Below are positions 11,001 through 20,035 of a stretch of DNA of 64,000 nucleotides, in pieces. Under the pieces are notes generated by a model, which did not search any database, had not been told where the DNA came from, and saw only the letters and a list, made by a program, of their open reading frames with translations. The translations under genes were made by a program, and so were the position numbers. The stretch lies in the NCBI GenBank assembly GCA_040772485.1, contig JAXGYC010000007.1:608001-672000 (forward strand), written 5' to 3'. The stretch's first letter is position 1; the number at the start of each line of letters is the position of its first letter. Source of the stretch: Sedimentisphaerales bacterium. Its GTDB lineage: Bacteria > Planctomycetota > Phycisphaerae > Sedimentisphaerales > Anaerobacaceae.

Positions 11001-11685
11001 CCTCGCGGACCAAATCGGTTTCGAGAAACAGGTCTTCTGCGGCGAACTCCTGGAGTCGGTTGGCGCGGCAGCCGTCTTTGCGGTCCGGGTCCCAGGTCAC
11101 CACCCGCGCGAAACGGGCCATGTTCACGGCGGGCGGGCGCGCGATCGTCGCGACATCGGAGCGCGTGAGCCGGGCATCGGCCCAGTTCGCCATGTCGCAG
11201 GTGATTCCGTCGCCGGCGTCGCCCGCATCCAGTCGAAGCTCCTGCGCACCCTCGACGTTCACGTGCACGGTCTTGGCGCCGTCTGCCAGCCGGAGAATCC
11301 CGCTTTCAAAACGCATCTCGCCATCCACGGACACACGGAAGACGACGCTACCCCCACCGGCGCCGCACGGCTGCAAGCCAACCTCGGCGTCAAACCAGGC
11401 GAACTCGCCGTCGAGCAGTACAACCAGCGTGCCGCTGGCGTGGTGTCCCAGGCCCTTTGCGAACTGCCGATCGCCGATCCGCAGAGGATCGCCGGCCTTG
11501 TCCGGGCGGACACCGGGATCGTAGGCGGCTGTGTTCAGCCCCAGCTCGCCCCAGGACTGACTTTGACTGGCAATGCGTTCGGGCACATCGCCAAGGTATT
11601 CGATTTCAGCCGTCCCGCTCCCTGCGGCCGGCACCAATGCAGAGGCCAGAACGCCCACGCAACAAACCAAGGTTCTCGCTCGCAT
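8092..11685 (-). CDS. Secreted NPCBM/NEW2-domain protein with C-terminal (alpha/alpha)6-barrel glycoside hydrolase-like domain
   Basis: ATG at 11685 after AGAGGA; LRIGDRQFAKGLGHHA...FDAEVG...GDGITCDMANWADARL is the NPCBM motif; C-terminal LWLAPLIPTEWL...PTRFGPVSY typical of six-hairpin glycosidases. Confidence 0.7.
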   Translation of the reverse strand: MRARTLVCCVGVLASALVPAAGSGTAEIEYLGDVPERIASQSQSWGELGLNTAAYDPGVRPDKAGDPLRIGDRQFAKGLGHHASGTLVVLLDGEFAWFDAEVGLQPCGAGGGSVVFRVSVDGEMRFESGILRLADGAKTVHVNVEGAQELRLDAGDAGDGITCDMANWADARLTRSDVATIARPPAVNMARFARVVTWDPDRKDGCRANRLQEFAAEDLFLETDLVREADGSYAIPTRAGGYRCIGLQWLNRRALRELRLRLSGPTAPSAVNSIRVEGWFGESAWQGQWKPLSGDIVAEGNEVVCRLSMRSPEGDRLLTRKVRWILPPVAASWRVRDLAAFTRTRWDTTRLLVQTDSASAQAPVGIAIYNGEFLGPVEPEVTLSSPLHLEVRFARPSSLNADRTVIQFRLPTGAFGVAVEDVLANECVYLPDHGLFVTRDPAPISPADYRRKVEARRTILQEVRVRSDQTLAQAMARTHNPLQSEGPVMLSLACDNTKYVLERDGTLRFQAAAGEGGDWFGSAGRMQLRWGSGQADKRARRLEGGWLPIPVITTEHEGIVCTQRVFVAPVDDPGSDPARLNRPAVCVAEFTWKNLREDANPVSAGLDIVLDSRGERLAALTPIEDGFRLEAEGVVLGSITIASSSDPKLHVSDGRLQLSGTLPPRGSAGFVAILQPPAGDLPSVGAVSELRRDVESYWQAVLAPAMQIDTPDPFINDLVRSSQLRCLIAARNEADGARVAPWIAAMSYGPYESEAHSVIRGMDFLGHGEFARRGLEFFIHRYNANGFLTTGYTTFGTAWHLWTLAQHCELTGDSVWLQRHASQIARVGDWIVRQLAKTRALDAHGQRRPEYGLMPPGVLADWNAFACHFCMNAYYYAALRDLGAVLGDIGHPKAAVFQQQADELRNCLFAAYRWTQAQSPVLPLRDGTWIPHYPSQVHSPGLLADFFPGQDMGRTWAYDVELGAHQLVPAGVFDPNDPEVTRMMDHMEDVHFLGDGWFDYPAERNRQDWFHLGGFSKVQPYYARNAEVYALRDDVKPFLRTYFNSIASLVNPEVMTFWEHFRHSGAWDKTHETGYFLYQTRQMLVMERGRTLWLAPLIPTEWLEDGKQLTASNCPTRFGPVSYRISSQVDAGRIEIAITAPRRDRPEAIVIRLRHPESRRLDRVEVNGRPHDRFDADQGIITLPSDLDALTVVAHYR

Positions 11686-11698
11686 AGCCAATCCTCTA

Positions 11699-11768
11699 TT
11701 CGCAGTTCTCAGTCGCCAGTTGTCAGTTCCCAGCCCACTGCCAACTGGCGAGTGAGAACTGCGAACTG
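11699..11768. repeat. Heptamer-period repeat (CAGTTCT/CAGTCGC/CAGTTGT/CAGTTCC) with inverted partner in a 5' UTR
   Basis: cgcagttctcagtcgccagttg can pair with caactggcgagtgagaactgcg. Confidence 0.65.
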
Positions 11769-11784
11769 TCCAGCGACGGTCAGG

Positions 11785-11790
11785 ATTATA
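11785..11790 (-). promoter_or_regulatory. Putative -10 box (TATAAT) for the 11685-start operon
   Basis: Consensus TATAAT about 100 nt upstream of the start codon, in a divergent intergenic region. Confidence 0.4.
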
Positions 11791-11856
11791 CGAGATCCGG
11801 GCCGCCGATTGAAACACGATTCTCTCACGTGGCAACCACAACTCTGATATACTCCA

Positions 11857-11885
11857 TTGCTCATCTCGCTATCGGCCGCTACACT
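11857..11885 (+). promoter_or_regulatory. Putative sigma70 promoter TTGCTC-N17-TACACT
   Basis: 17-nt spacer; upstream of the ThuA/oxidoreductase operon. Confidence 0.45.
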
Positions 11886-11899
11886 GGCGTTTACACGTT

Positions 11900-11975
11900 G
11901 TGGGGGCGAATAATCATTCGCCCCTACCGTATGCCCCTTCGGCAAGCTCAGGGCAGGCTCTTACGGGCACACTAC
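11900..11975. repeat. Cluster of three REP-like elements, one nested in another
   Basis: GGGGCGAATAATCATTCGCCCCTAC, then GTATGCCC[CTTCGGCAAGCTCAGGGCAGGCTC]TTACGGGCACACTAC; the uninterrupted host element is at 17852..17874. Confidence 0.75.
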
Positions 11976-12017
11976 GAGCGGCCGGCAGATGGGAGACACG
12001 AGATGAAGGAAGGGACC

Positions 12018-13502
12018 ATGTTCAGATCCATCGTGACGCGACGGGCGTTCTTGCGGCGTACAGGCGGCATCGTCGCCGCGCCCCTGCTCGGGTCCGCCAC
12101 AGGCGGAACGGCGCAGGCGGGGGAAGATTCGCAGGAGCTGCAGCGCATCGAGCAGGCCATCCCCGCCGAGGCGCCCGCCGTGCCAAGCCGACCGCGCAAG
12201 CTGCTGATCTTCGACCTGAACGTCGGCTATGGCGGCCACGCCTCCATCACCACCGCGAACACCGCGTTCGCACTGATGGGCAAGAGGACCGGCGCATTCG
12301 AAACGGTGGTCAGCAGGGATCCGGCCATATTCGAGCCGGCCAGTCTGCGACAATTCGACGCGGTGTTTTTCAACAACACGGTGGGCAATTGCTTCGAGGA
12401 CCCCGCCCTGAGGCAGAGCCTGGTCGAGTTCGTCTACAGCGGCGGCGGGTTGATGGGCGTCCACGGCACGTCCGTCGCCTTCACGAAGTGGCCCGGTGCG
12501 ATCGAGGACTGGCCCGAGTTCGGCATCATGCTCGGCGCCCGCGGCGCCAATCACAAGGCCAACAACGAGCACGTCTTCATCAAGCTGGACGATCCGACCC
12601 ACCCGGTGAACCAGGTCTTCGGCGGGCAGGACTTCGACTACCGCGACGAGTTCTTCCGCGTCCACGAGCCGTACTCGCGGGACCGCGTTCGCGTGCTCAT
12701 GAGCATCGACACGGCCAGGACCGACATGCAACAGCAGCCGGCGTATGGGGCGGTCGTGCGGGCCGACAACGATTACGCGCTGGCGTGGGTGCGCCAGTAC
12801 GGACGCGGACGCGTCTTCTACTGCGGCTTCGCCCACCACCCGTCTGTCTTCTGGGACCCGAAGATGCTGCGGTTCTACCTGGCGGCCACGCAGTTCGCCC
12901 TCGGCGACCTTCCGGCTCCGACGACGCCCAGCGCCAAGCTCACCCCTGCCATCCGCGCGCAGGAGCGACTCGGCTGGCGTTTGGCCCTGGTGCCGCCGGC
13001 ATCGAGAGAACGGGCGAATGATGATTCGCCCCTACATCTCTTCGAACTGATCGATAAAGCGGCAGAACACGGCCTGCTGTATGTCGGCGGCAGCAATCGA
13101 CAGAAGATCAGTCGAGATATCCCCAAGACGTTCCACGACCGACTGACCGCTGAGGAGACGGAGCAGATTCGACTCAAGCTGGATGCTGCAAGCGTCCGCC
13201 TGCTCACCTATCACCTGGACGCGATGCCGTCCGACAGCGCGGGCCAACTGAAAATCGTCGAATTTGCCCAAAAGATGGGCATCGAGGCCGTCGTCGCACC
13301 AGGGACAAGGATTGCACCGGAAGGCAGACTCCCCCAGATCGTCGTCTTGGACAAGCCCACGCGCGTCAGAGGCATCGATTCGCTTCTCGACGAGACGCGT
13401 CGGCAAGAGCAAGGTCCCGTGGTCTTCTGCGTCGAGTCCGGCGACGACGAATTGGAGCAGATGATCGAGACTTTTAACAAGGCTGTAGCCAAGCCGACCT
13501 GA
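12018..13502 (+). CDS. Tat-exported ThuA-like domain protein with a degenerate sugar-isomerase-like C-terminal region
   Basis: TRRAFL Tat motif; FDAVFFNNT, GGGLMGVHG, DEFF and YGRGRVFYCGFAH ThuA motifs. Confidence 0.75.
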   Translation: MFRSIVTRRAFLRRTGGIVAAPLLGSATGGTAQAGEDSQELQRIEQAIPAEAPAVPSRPRKLLIFDLNVGYGGHASITTANTAFALMGKRTGAFETVVSRDPAIFEPASLRQFDAVFFNNTVGNCFEDPALRQSLVEFVYSGGGLMGVHGTSVAFTKWPGAIEDWPEFGIMLGARGANHKANNEHVFIKLDDPTHPVNQVFGGQDFDYRDEFFRVHEPYSRDRVRVLMSIDTARTDMQQQPAYGAVVRADNDYALAWVRQYGRGRVFYCGFAHHPSVFWDPKMLRFYLAATQFALGDLPAPTTPSAKLTPAIRAQERLGWRLALVPPASRERANDDSPLHLFELIDKAAEHGLLYVGGSNRQKISRDIPKTFHDRLTAEETEQIRLKLDAASVRLLTYHLDAMPSDSAGQLKIVEFAQKMGIEAVVAPGTRIAPEGRLPQIVVLDKPTRVRGIDSLLDETRRQEQGPVVFCVESGDDELEQMIETFNKAVAKPT

Positions 13503-13513
13503 GGTGTAGCCAT

Positions 13514-14911
13514 ATGACACAAGACAGACATGTCGAGCGATTTTCAAGGCGTCAGTTCATCCAACGAACAGCAACCGTTTCCGGCGCGCTCGCAGTTCCG
13601 TGGATCGTGCCGTCCTCGGTCTGTGGCGCCCAAGGCAATACCGCGCCGAGCGGGCGGATCACCGTCGGTCTGATCGGGCACGGGTGCATGGGCCAGGGCC
13701 ATCTGCACCGGCTGGCCGGCGACTCGGAGATACAGGTGCTGGCCGTCTGCGACGTGGACGCGGTGCGCCGCGACGAAGCCAAGCAGCGTGTCGAGGCCGC
13801 CTACGCCGCTCGCCGCCCCGCCGGCACGTATCGCGGCTGCGACAGCTACAACGACTACCGCGAGCTGCTGGCCCGCCCGGACATCGACGCGGTCGTGATC
13901 GTCACGCCGGACCATTGGCACGCGATGCAGTCGATCCATGCGATGGAGGCCGGCAAGGACGTCTACTGCGAAAAACCGATCTCGTTGACCGTTCGCGAGG
14001 GCCGCCGATTGGTCCAGACGGCGCAGCGCTACAGCCGGATCTTCCAGACAGGAACGCAGTACCGCTCCATTTCGACGATTCGCCAGGTCTGCGCGTTCGT
14101 GCGAAGCGGCGGGCTGGGCCAAGTCAGGTCGGTATTCACACTCTGGCAGCCCCTGGGCGAGAACTTCGGTCGTTCGTACGCGCCTGTGAGCCCGGCGTTG
14201 GCGGCCGAGCCGGCGCCCGAGGGGTTGGACTGGGACCTGTGGGTCGGCCCCGCCCCATGGCAGCCGTACAACCGCGCCTTCCACCGAAACCCCATTCCCG
14301 GCGTAGTGCCCTGGGCATTCCACGATGATTTCGGCGCCGGCGCGGTCACGTGGTACCACTCGCACGCTGCGGACGTGATTCAGTATGCGCTGGGCGCCGA
14401 GAACAGCGGGCCGGTCGAGTTCATCCACCCGAGTACGGGCCAATACCCGACGCTCACCTGCCGTTACGCCAACGGCACGCTCCTGCACCTGGTGGACCAC
14501 TGGGGCATGGTGAAGGACGTGTACAAGGCCGTGCCCTCGAACGCCAGGCTGGAAGGCAACTTCGGCGGCGTGTTCGTCGGCGAGCGAGGCTGGGTCACGT
14601 CGATGAGCACCGGCGGGCCAATCGAGGGCGGCCCCGACGACCTCTTCGGGCGGATGAAGCTAACGACGCGCGAGGTGAACATCGGCGACAACGACCATCA
14701 CGCCAACTGGTTCGACTGCATTCGCACGCGGCGCCAGCCGAACTGCCCCCCGGAGATCGGCCATCGCGGCGCCTCGCTGGGACATCTGACCATCCTTGCC
14801 TACAAGCTCGGACGGTCACTGAAATGGGACCCCGCAAAGGAAGAATTCGTTGGCGACCCGGAGGCCACGCGCCTGCTAGCCCGCGCGACGCGCAGTCCCT
14901 GGAGATTGTGA
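13514..14911 (+). CDS. Tat-exported Gfo/Idh/MocA oxidoreductase
   Basis: SRRQFI; GLIGHGCMG, TPDHWH, GKDVYCEKP, LDWDLWVGPAP. Confidence 0.9.
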   Translation: MTQDRHVERFSRRQFIQRTATVSGALAVPWIVPSSVCGAQGNTAPSGRITVGLIGHGCMGQGHLHRLAGDSEIQVLAVCDVDAVRRDEAKQRVEAAYAARRPAGTYRGCDSYNDYRELLARPDIDAVVIVTPDHWHAMQSIHAMEAGKDVYCEKPISLTVREGRRLVQTAQRYSRIFQTGTQYRSISTIRQVCAFVRSGGLGQVRSVFTLWQPLGENFGRSYAPVSPALAAEPAPEGLDWDLWVGPAPWQPYNRAFHRNPIPGVVPWAFHDDFGAGAVTWYHSHAADVIQYALGAENSGPVEFIHPSTGQYPTLTCRYANGTLLHLVDHWGMVKDVYKAVPSNARLEGNFGGVFVGERGWVTSMSTGGPIEGGPDDLFGRMKLTTREVNIGDNDHHANWFDCIRTRRQPNCPPEIGHRGASLGHLTILAYKLGRSLKWDPAKEEFVGDPEATRLLARATRSPWRL

Positions 14912-14932
14912 GGGCATAGCGGAGACGACAAG

Positions 14933-16795
14933 ATGAAAACACGCAACGCGGCCTGGATGATCCTGCTCGTATCAATGTGGTGTCCCGGGGCGGATGCCTA
15001 TGAGAATTTCGCCGTCGCGGTGTACTGCCGGGCGTACGAAACCAAAGAGATGGCGGATCGGAGCTGGCTGGATTCACGCTGGCAGGACATCACCAGGCAG
15101 GTCCACGTGGACAAGGTATACCTGGAGACCCACCGCGATCTGCTGATCGTCGACGACGAGACGCTGAATCAGGCCAAGGCGTATTTCCGCGAGCGCGGGG
15201 TTCGCACCGCCGGCGGCATCACCCTGACGGTCAATGAGCGCAACCGGTTCGAGACCTTCTGCTACACCAATCCGGAACACCGGCAGAAGGTCAAGGAGAT
15301 CGTCGAGCACACGGCGCGCCACTTCGACGAACTGATTCTGGACGACTTCTTCTTCACGAGCTGCAAGTGCCGTCTCTGCATCGCCGCCAAAGGCGACAAA
15401 TCCTGGACGCAATATCGCCTGGACCTCATGGAGGAGGCGGCCCGGAGCCTGATCCTCGCGCCCGCCAGGGCGGTCAACCCCAAGGTCAAGGTCGTAATCA
15501 AGTACCCCAACTGGTACGAACACTTCCAGGGCCTGGGTTTCCACCTGGAGAAAGAGCCGGCCCTGTTCGACGGCCTCTACACCGGCACCGAGACCCGCGA
15601 TCCGTCCGGCAACCAGCACCTCCAGCCGTATCTGGGTTATCTGATCTTCCGCTACTTCGAGAACCTCAAGCCCGGCGGCAACGGCGGCGGCTGGGTCGAT
15701 ACCGGCGGCCTGCCGACGATGGACCGCTACGCCGAACAACTCTGGCTGACTCTGTTCGCCAAGGCCCCGGAGATCACCCTCTTCGACATCCGCCAGATCA
15801 CGCGTCCGGTCCCGTCGAACCTGCGGGCCGCCTGGCAGGATGGACAGACCAGCTTCGACTTCGATGCAATCAAGGCGCCCATCAGGCTGGCCGACGGCGC
15901 CACGTATCAGCCGAACATGTTCGCCCGGGCGGCGGGCGTGACCTTCGAACAGGTGGACCGTTTCCTGAGCAAGCTCGGCGAGCCGGTGGGAGTCAAGAGC
16001 TACAAGCCCTGTCACTCCACCGGCGAGGACTTCCTGCACAACTACGTGGGCATGTGCGGCGTGCCCATGGACCTGACGCCGGAGTTTCCGAGGGACGCGA
16101 ACACGGTCTTCCTGGCGGAAACCGCGAAGTTCGACCCCGATCTGGTGGGCAAGATCAAGGCGCATCTCATGCAGGGCAGGCAGGTGATGATCACGTCCGG
16201 CCTGCTCGGCGCCTTGCAGGGCAAAGGCATCGAGTCGATCGTGGAAATGCAGGTCACCGGCCGCAAAGCCATCGTGAAGGACTTCCGAGCCGGCTGGGGT
16301 CCCACGGTCGGAGCGAAGGCCGAGATGGTCATCCCGCAGATCCAGTACCTGACCAACGACTCATGGGAAGAGGTCTCGGCCCTGGACGAAACCAACGGCT
16401 GGCCCATGCTGCACTCGGCCTCTTACGGCGGAGGAACCCTGTACGTGCTGACCATTCCCGAGAGCTTCACAGACCTGTACCATCTGCCGGCGGCGGTTCT
16501 GGACCAGATCAGAGACACGTTGTGTCGGGACTTGTTCGTGCGTCTGCACGGACCGGCCATGGTGTCTCTGTTTGCGTACGACAACGGCACGTTCATCGTG
16601 GAGTCCTTCCGCGACGAGCCGGTGGACGTACAGATATGGACGAAGAATCAGACGACCGCCTTGACGGATCTGCTCAGCGGCCAGGCTGTCCCCGCCCGTC
16701 CGCTGCCACAAAGTCCCTGGCAACGCGTCTCGGGCAGCATGTTCGAGGTCACCCTGCCGCCGCATTCCTACCGCGTCTTCCGGGCACAACGATAG
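14933..16795 (+). CDS. Secreted hypothetical protein, possible GH42-like TIM-barrel hydrolase
   Basis: Signal peptide, GGAG RBS, ILDDFFF-x-SCKCRLC cysteine cluster. Confidence 0.6.
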   Translation: MKTRNAAWMILLVSMWCPGADAYENFAVAVYCRAYETKEMADRSWLDSRWQDITRQVHVDKVYLETHRDLLIVDDETLNQAKAYFRERGVRTAGGITLTVNERNRFETFCYTNPEHRQKVKEIVEHTARHFDELILDDFFFTSCKCRLCIAAKGDKSWTQYRLDLMEEAARSLILAPARAVNPKVKVVIKYPNWYEHFQGLGFHLEKEPALFDGLYTGTETRDPSGNQHLQPYLGYLIFRYFENLKPGGNGGGWVDTGGLPTMDRYAEQLWLTLFAKAPEITLFDIRQITRPVPSNLRAAWQDGQTSFDFDAIKAPIRLADGATYQPNMFARAAGVTFEQVDRFLSKLGEPVGVKSYKPCHSTGEDFLHNYVGMCGVPMDLTPEFPRDANTVFLAETAKFDPDLVGKIKAHLMQGRQVMITSGLLGALQGKGIESIVEMQVTGRKAIVKDFRAGWGPTVGAKAEMVIPQIQYLTNDSWEEVSALDETNGWPMLHSASYGGGTLYVLTIPESFTDLYHLPAAVLDQIRDTLCRDLFVRLHGPAMVSLFAYDNGTFIVESFRDEPVDVQIWTKNQTTALTDLLSGQAVPARPLPQSPWQRVSGSMFEVTLPPHSYRVFRAQR

Positions 16796-16868
16796 AGCCG
16801 TCGAACGACGACGTGCACGATCGCAATCCGCCTGCGGCGGACCGTCCGGCCCGCGCGATGCGGCCGTC

Positions 16869-17679
16869 TCAGAAGTCAGTATATCGTTTCATCCACGTCG
16901 GCCATTCGTCGGGCGTAACCCCCCCCGGCTATAGTCCACGGGCCTCGCGTGTCGTAGGTCTTATGCCACTTCAGGACCCACAACTCCTTCAGACTCACCT
17001 TTCGCACGGACCAGTCGAGAAACGCCATGTTGGTGCCCCCGTCATGCCGGTCGATACAGATACGCCGCATGTGCTGCGTGCCCTCCCAGGCCATGTCCGG
17101 AATGGGGGGCGGACTGTCCTGGGGCAACGGGAAAACGTTGAAACGCAGAGCATCCATGAACAAAGGCACGTAGGCAGCCCCCTTGACGCCCGGAGTCCGC
17201 CAGTTGTTCTTGGTCTCGAAACCCTCGTACACCGTCGCCACGTCTGCCGGCGGGCTCTCCACCCAGCCGTTGATCCCGTAGCTGCCCCAGTCCCCTTCCG
17301 GCGCGTATCCTTCGCCCCAGAACCGGCCCCAGGCGGAGTACACATTCCACACCGGCGCGCTCAGACCGTTCTCATCGATGATGGGCTTCATAGCCGTCGG
17401 GCAGCAGCGAATCTTGTAGTCGTTCTTGTATAGCGGCCGCAACGCGTTCATCCAGTGGTACGTGTGCCCGCTGCCGACGCCCGCCTGGAATTTGCCGTCG
17501 TGCTGCTCGGTGTACATCTGGAAGAACAGGCACCATTGCCTCAGGTTGGCCCGGCACCCGATCGTCCTGGCCTGGTCCTTGACGCGAGCCAGCGCCGGCA
17601 TCAGGATCGCCATCAGCAGGGCAATGATTGCGATCACGACGAGCAGCTCAATCAGGGTGAATGCTGTACGCTTAGCCAT
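16869..17679 (-). CDS. Prepilin-type N-terminal cleavage/methylation protein (DUF1559-like) with a +1 frameshift in a G8 tract near the 3' end
   Basis: [37 protein letters not shown]. As sequenced it stops at 16876; removing one G gives [23 protein letters not shown] at 16869, matching the paralogs. Confidence 0.85.
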
Positions 17680-17851
17680 GATACGCACTCCCAAGAAGAA
17701 CAACCGTTCTATCGTATGGGCAGCCGATCACCCGGTGCAGCGATCCGGCCGGCCTCGTATCGCGCCGTACCTCCAGGCCGTTCCACGACCCTCTTTCCTA
17801 TTATACCCATTCCCCCCTCTTCGAGGAAGCTCGTTTTGAAGCCTCTTGTTT

Positions 17852-17934
17852 GTAGTGTGCCCGTAAGGGCATACTGTCCTCGGAACACGTAGCGCCGATG
17901 GCGAACGCAGGGGCGAACGATGATTCGCCCCTGC
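17852..17934. repeat. Two REP-like palindromes: GTAGTGTGCCCGTAAGGGCATAC and GCAGGGGCGAACGATGATTCGCCCCTGC
   Basis: First family recurs near 33339..33358 and, interrupted, at 11929..11975. Confidence 0.75.
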
Positions 17935-17963
17935 CCACAGCCGCCGACCTCCATCCTGCGGTC

Positions 17964-18758
17964 CTATTTCTTCGTCGAAGCGGCCAGCATCCCCTTGATC
18001 GCGGCGACCCTGACCTGGGTGGGCTGGTCGCTGCCATTGAGCGCCTTGTACAGAGCCAACGCCTCGGACTTGGCTCCATCGGCCAGCAACTGCTCGGCAC
18101 AAAGCAAGCGGGCATCGGCGACAGGCACCTTCATGTCGGCCGGCGCGGTCTTGGCGAACTCGCTCAGCGCATCGGCCGCAGCCGGCGTGCCGATCAGGGC
18201 CAGCGCGTGGGCCGCCGCCCGGGCCACGTCTTTGTCGGAATCGCCGAGAGACGCCGCGATGGCCGCAACGCTCGTCGCGTCACGACGCACGCCCAGCGAG
18301 CCGATCAGGCCCGGTCGGAGTTTGCCGCCGACCTTCGACAGCGCGTCCCGCATCGCCTCGGTCGCCTTGGCGCCCGGCATCCGCTCCAGAGCGTAGCGTG
18401 CGATGTGCGAGGTCTTCTCCTCGGCCAGAAGAGCGGCCAGCGCCTCCACCGACTGGCTCGTACCCACCGCTCTCAGCTTGCGGCACACATAGTCTTGCGC
18501 GGATCGGGAAAGGCCGCCGGCCAGCGTATCCACCAGTCTCTTCTCCACAGCCTGGCGTGCCGCCGCATCGCCGTGCGTCGCGATGATTGCCTGGTCGATC
18601 GGATTCAACGTCGCGCGGTCCGCGCCCCAGTCGTAGGTCTTGAGCGTTTCGAATGCTTTATCCACTTCGGCCGAATTGGCCTGGGCCACGGCGCCGGCCG
18701 CGACCAGGGTGGCCGCTCCCGCCGTCAGGGTCATTTTCGCAGTCTGTTCGTTCGTCAT
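17964..18758 (-). CDS. HEAT/PBS-lyase repeat protein, probably exported
   Basis: ATG after GGAG; repeated ARYALERM, LIGSLGVRRD and AAAHALALIG helical units; downstream of an oxidoreductase. Confidence 0.8.
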   Translation of the reverse strand: MTNEQTAKMTLTAGAATLVAAGAVAQANSAEVDKAFETLKTYDWGADRATLNPIDQAIIATHGDAAARQAVEKRLVDTLAGGLSRSAQDYVCRKLRAVGTSQSVEALAALLAEEKTSHIARYALERMPGAKATEAMRDALSKVGGKLRPGLIGSLGVRRDATSVAAIAASLGDSDKDVARAAAHALALIGTPAAADALSEFAKTAPADMKVPVADARLLCAEQLLADGAKSEALALYKALNGSDQPTQVRVAAIKGMLAASTKK

Positions 18759-18790
18759 CGTCGTTTCTCCATGTCGCAATGGTCGCGTTC

Positions 18791-20035
18791 TTAGATCACC
18801 CACGGCTCTCGTCTGGCCACGTCGACAAGGCGGTTGGCTTCGTCGTCGTTGACAAACTGCTGTTTGGCCGCCTCCCATTTGAGGGACCGTTCCAGTTCGT
18901 AGGCCGCCAGGAACAGGTGACAAACGTTCGCGGTGTGGACCGCGAATTCGATGTCACGGAAGGGCTTTCGGCGCGTCTTGACGCAGTCGATGAAGTCGCC
19001 GTAAATGCCGCCGGTTCCGGCGTAAGTGGGAACCGGCTTCGAGGGAGCCGCATCGCCCGCGAACTCTACATCCAGATTGCCCCGCCCGGGATAGTTGTGG
19101 TGGAGAAGTTTTCCGTTCGGGAAGCGGCAGGTCGCGAACTTCCTGCCGTTCTCATTGTGGAAGGTGACCTCTTCCGGCTCCATCTCCCGCACGTCGATGG
19201 CGAACGTCGCGCCACCGAAATGATGGGCGCCCCAGTCGGTCATTCCGCCGCCGGAGTAATCCTTGAAGGATCGCCAGCTCGTGCCGTCGATGTTGTAGCT
19301 GCCGCTGCACCGGTGGGGATGGTACGGCGCCCAGGGGGCCGGTCCAAGCCACATGTCCCAGTCGAAGCCATCGGGGATGGGCTCGCCCGGCTTGTTGCAG
19401 TCGGTTGGGAACGGACCGACGTTGACGTTGATCGACTTGACGTTGCCCTTTTCTCCGCTCCAGCAGGCATCGACGATTTTGCGGTAATCTTCGAGCACGC
19501 GCTGGCTGCCGCCGGAGACAACCCGATTGTAGCGACGGGCGGCGTCGATCATCAGCTTGCCTTCGCGAAGCGTTTTGGTCTCGGGCTTCTGGCAGTAGAT
19601 GTCCTTCCCGTTGCGGCAGGCTTCGATGACGATGATCGCGTGCCAGTGATCCGGCGTGGCGCAATGCACCGCGTCGATGTCGCTGCGCGCCATGACCTCG
19701 CGGAAGTCACGGTATGCCTTGCAGTCCTTGTTGTTGTACTTCTGGTTCACGCGGTTTGTGAAGGCCTCGCGAACGTCCCTCTTGACGTCGCAGACGGCAA
19801 CATACTGGACGTCGTCGCGGCCCAGGAAGGAACCCAGGTCGCCGCTGCCCATGTTGCCGAGCCCGATGCCGGCCATCACGATGCGGTTGCTCGGCGCCAC
19901 GGCCCCGGCGTTGCCCATCGCCGACGCCGGGATCAGGTAGGGAAACGCCACCGATGCCGCCGTTGCCTTCAGAAATGCTCTTCGACCGGCAGACATGCCC
20001 CGGTCTTGCGTTGGTTTGCTCCTCTGCTCTGCCAC
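18791..20035 (-). CDS. Tat-exported Gfo/Idh/MocA oxidoreductase
   Basis: GRRAFLK; GIGLGNMG, TPDHWH, KDIYCQKP, FDWDMWLGPAP; GTG start at 20035 is uncertain. Confidence 0.88.
   Translation of the reverse strand: MAEQRSKPTQDRGMSAGRRAFLKATAASVAFPYLIPASAMGNAGAVAPSNRIVMAGIGLGNMGSGDLGSFLGRDDVQYVAVCDVKRDVREAFTNRVNQKYNNKDCKAYRDFREVMARSDIDAVHCATPDHWHAIIVIEACRNGKDIYCQKPETKTLREGKLMIDAARRYNRVVSGGSQRVLEDYRKIVDACWSGEKGNVKSINVNVGPFPTDCNKPGEPIPDGFDWDMWLGPAPWAPYHPHRCSGSYNIDGTSWRSFKDYSGGGMTDWGAHHFGGATFAIDVREMEPEEVTFHNENGRKFATCRFPNGKLLHHNYPGRGNLDVEFAGDAAPSKPVPTYAGTGGIYGDFIDCVKTRRKPFRDIEFAVHTANVCHLFLAAYELERSLKWEAAKQQFVNDDEANRLVDVARREPWVI

Noticed and set aside
8101..11847. Very long antisense ORFs (also 4904..6733, 22102..23985, 27476..30151, 48672..51533, 59139..61214)
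   Set aside because: Shadow frames of high-GC genes; no motifs or RBS, and the opposite strand has recognisable proteins.
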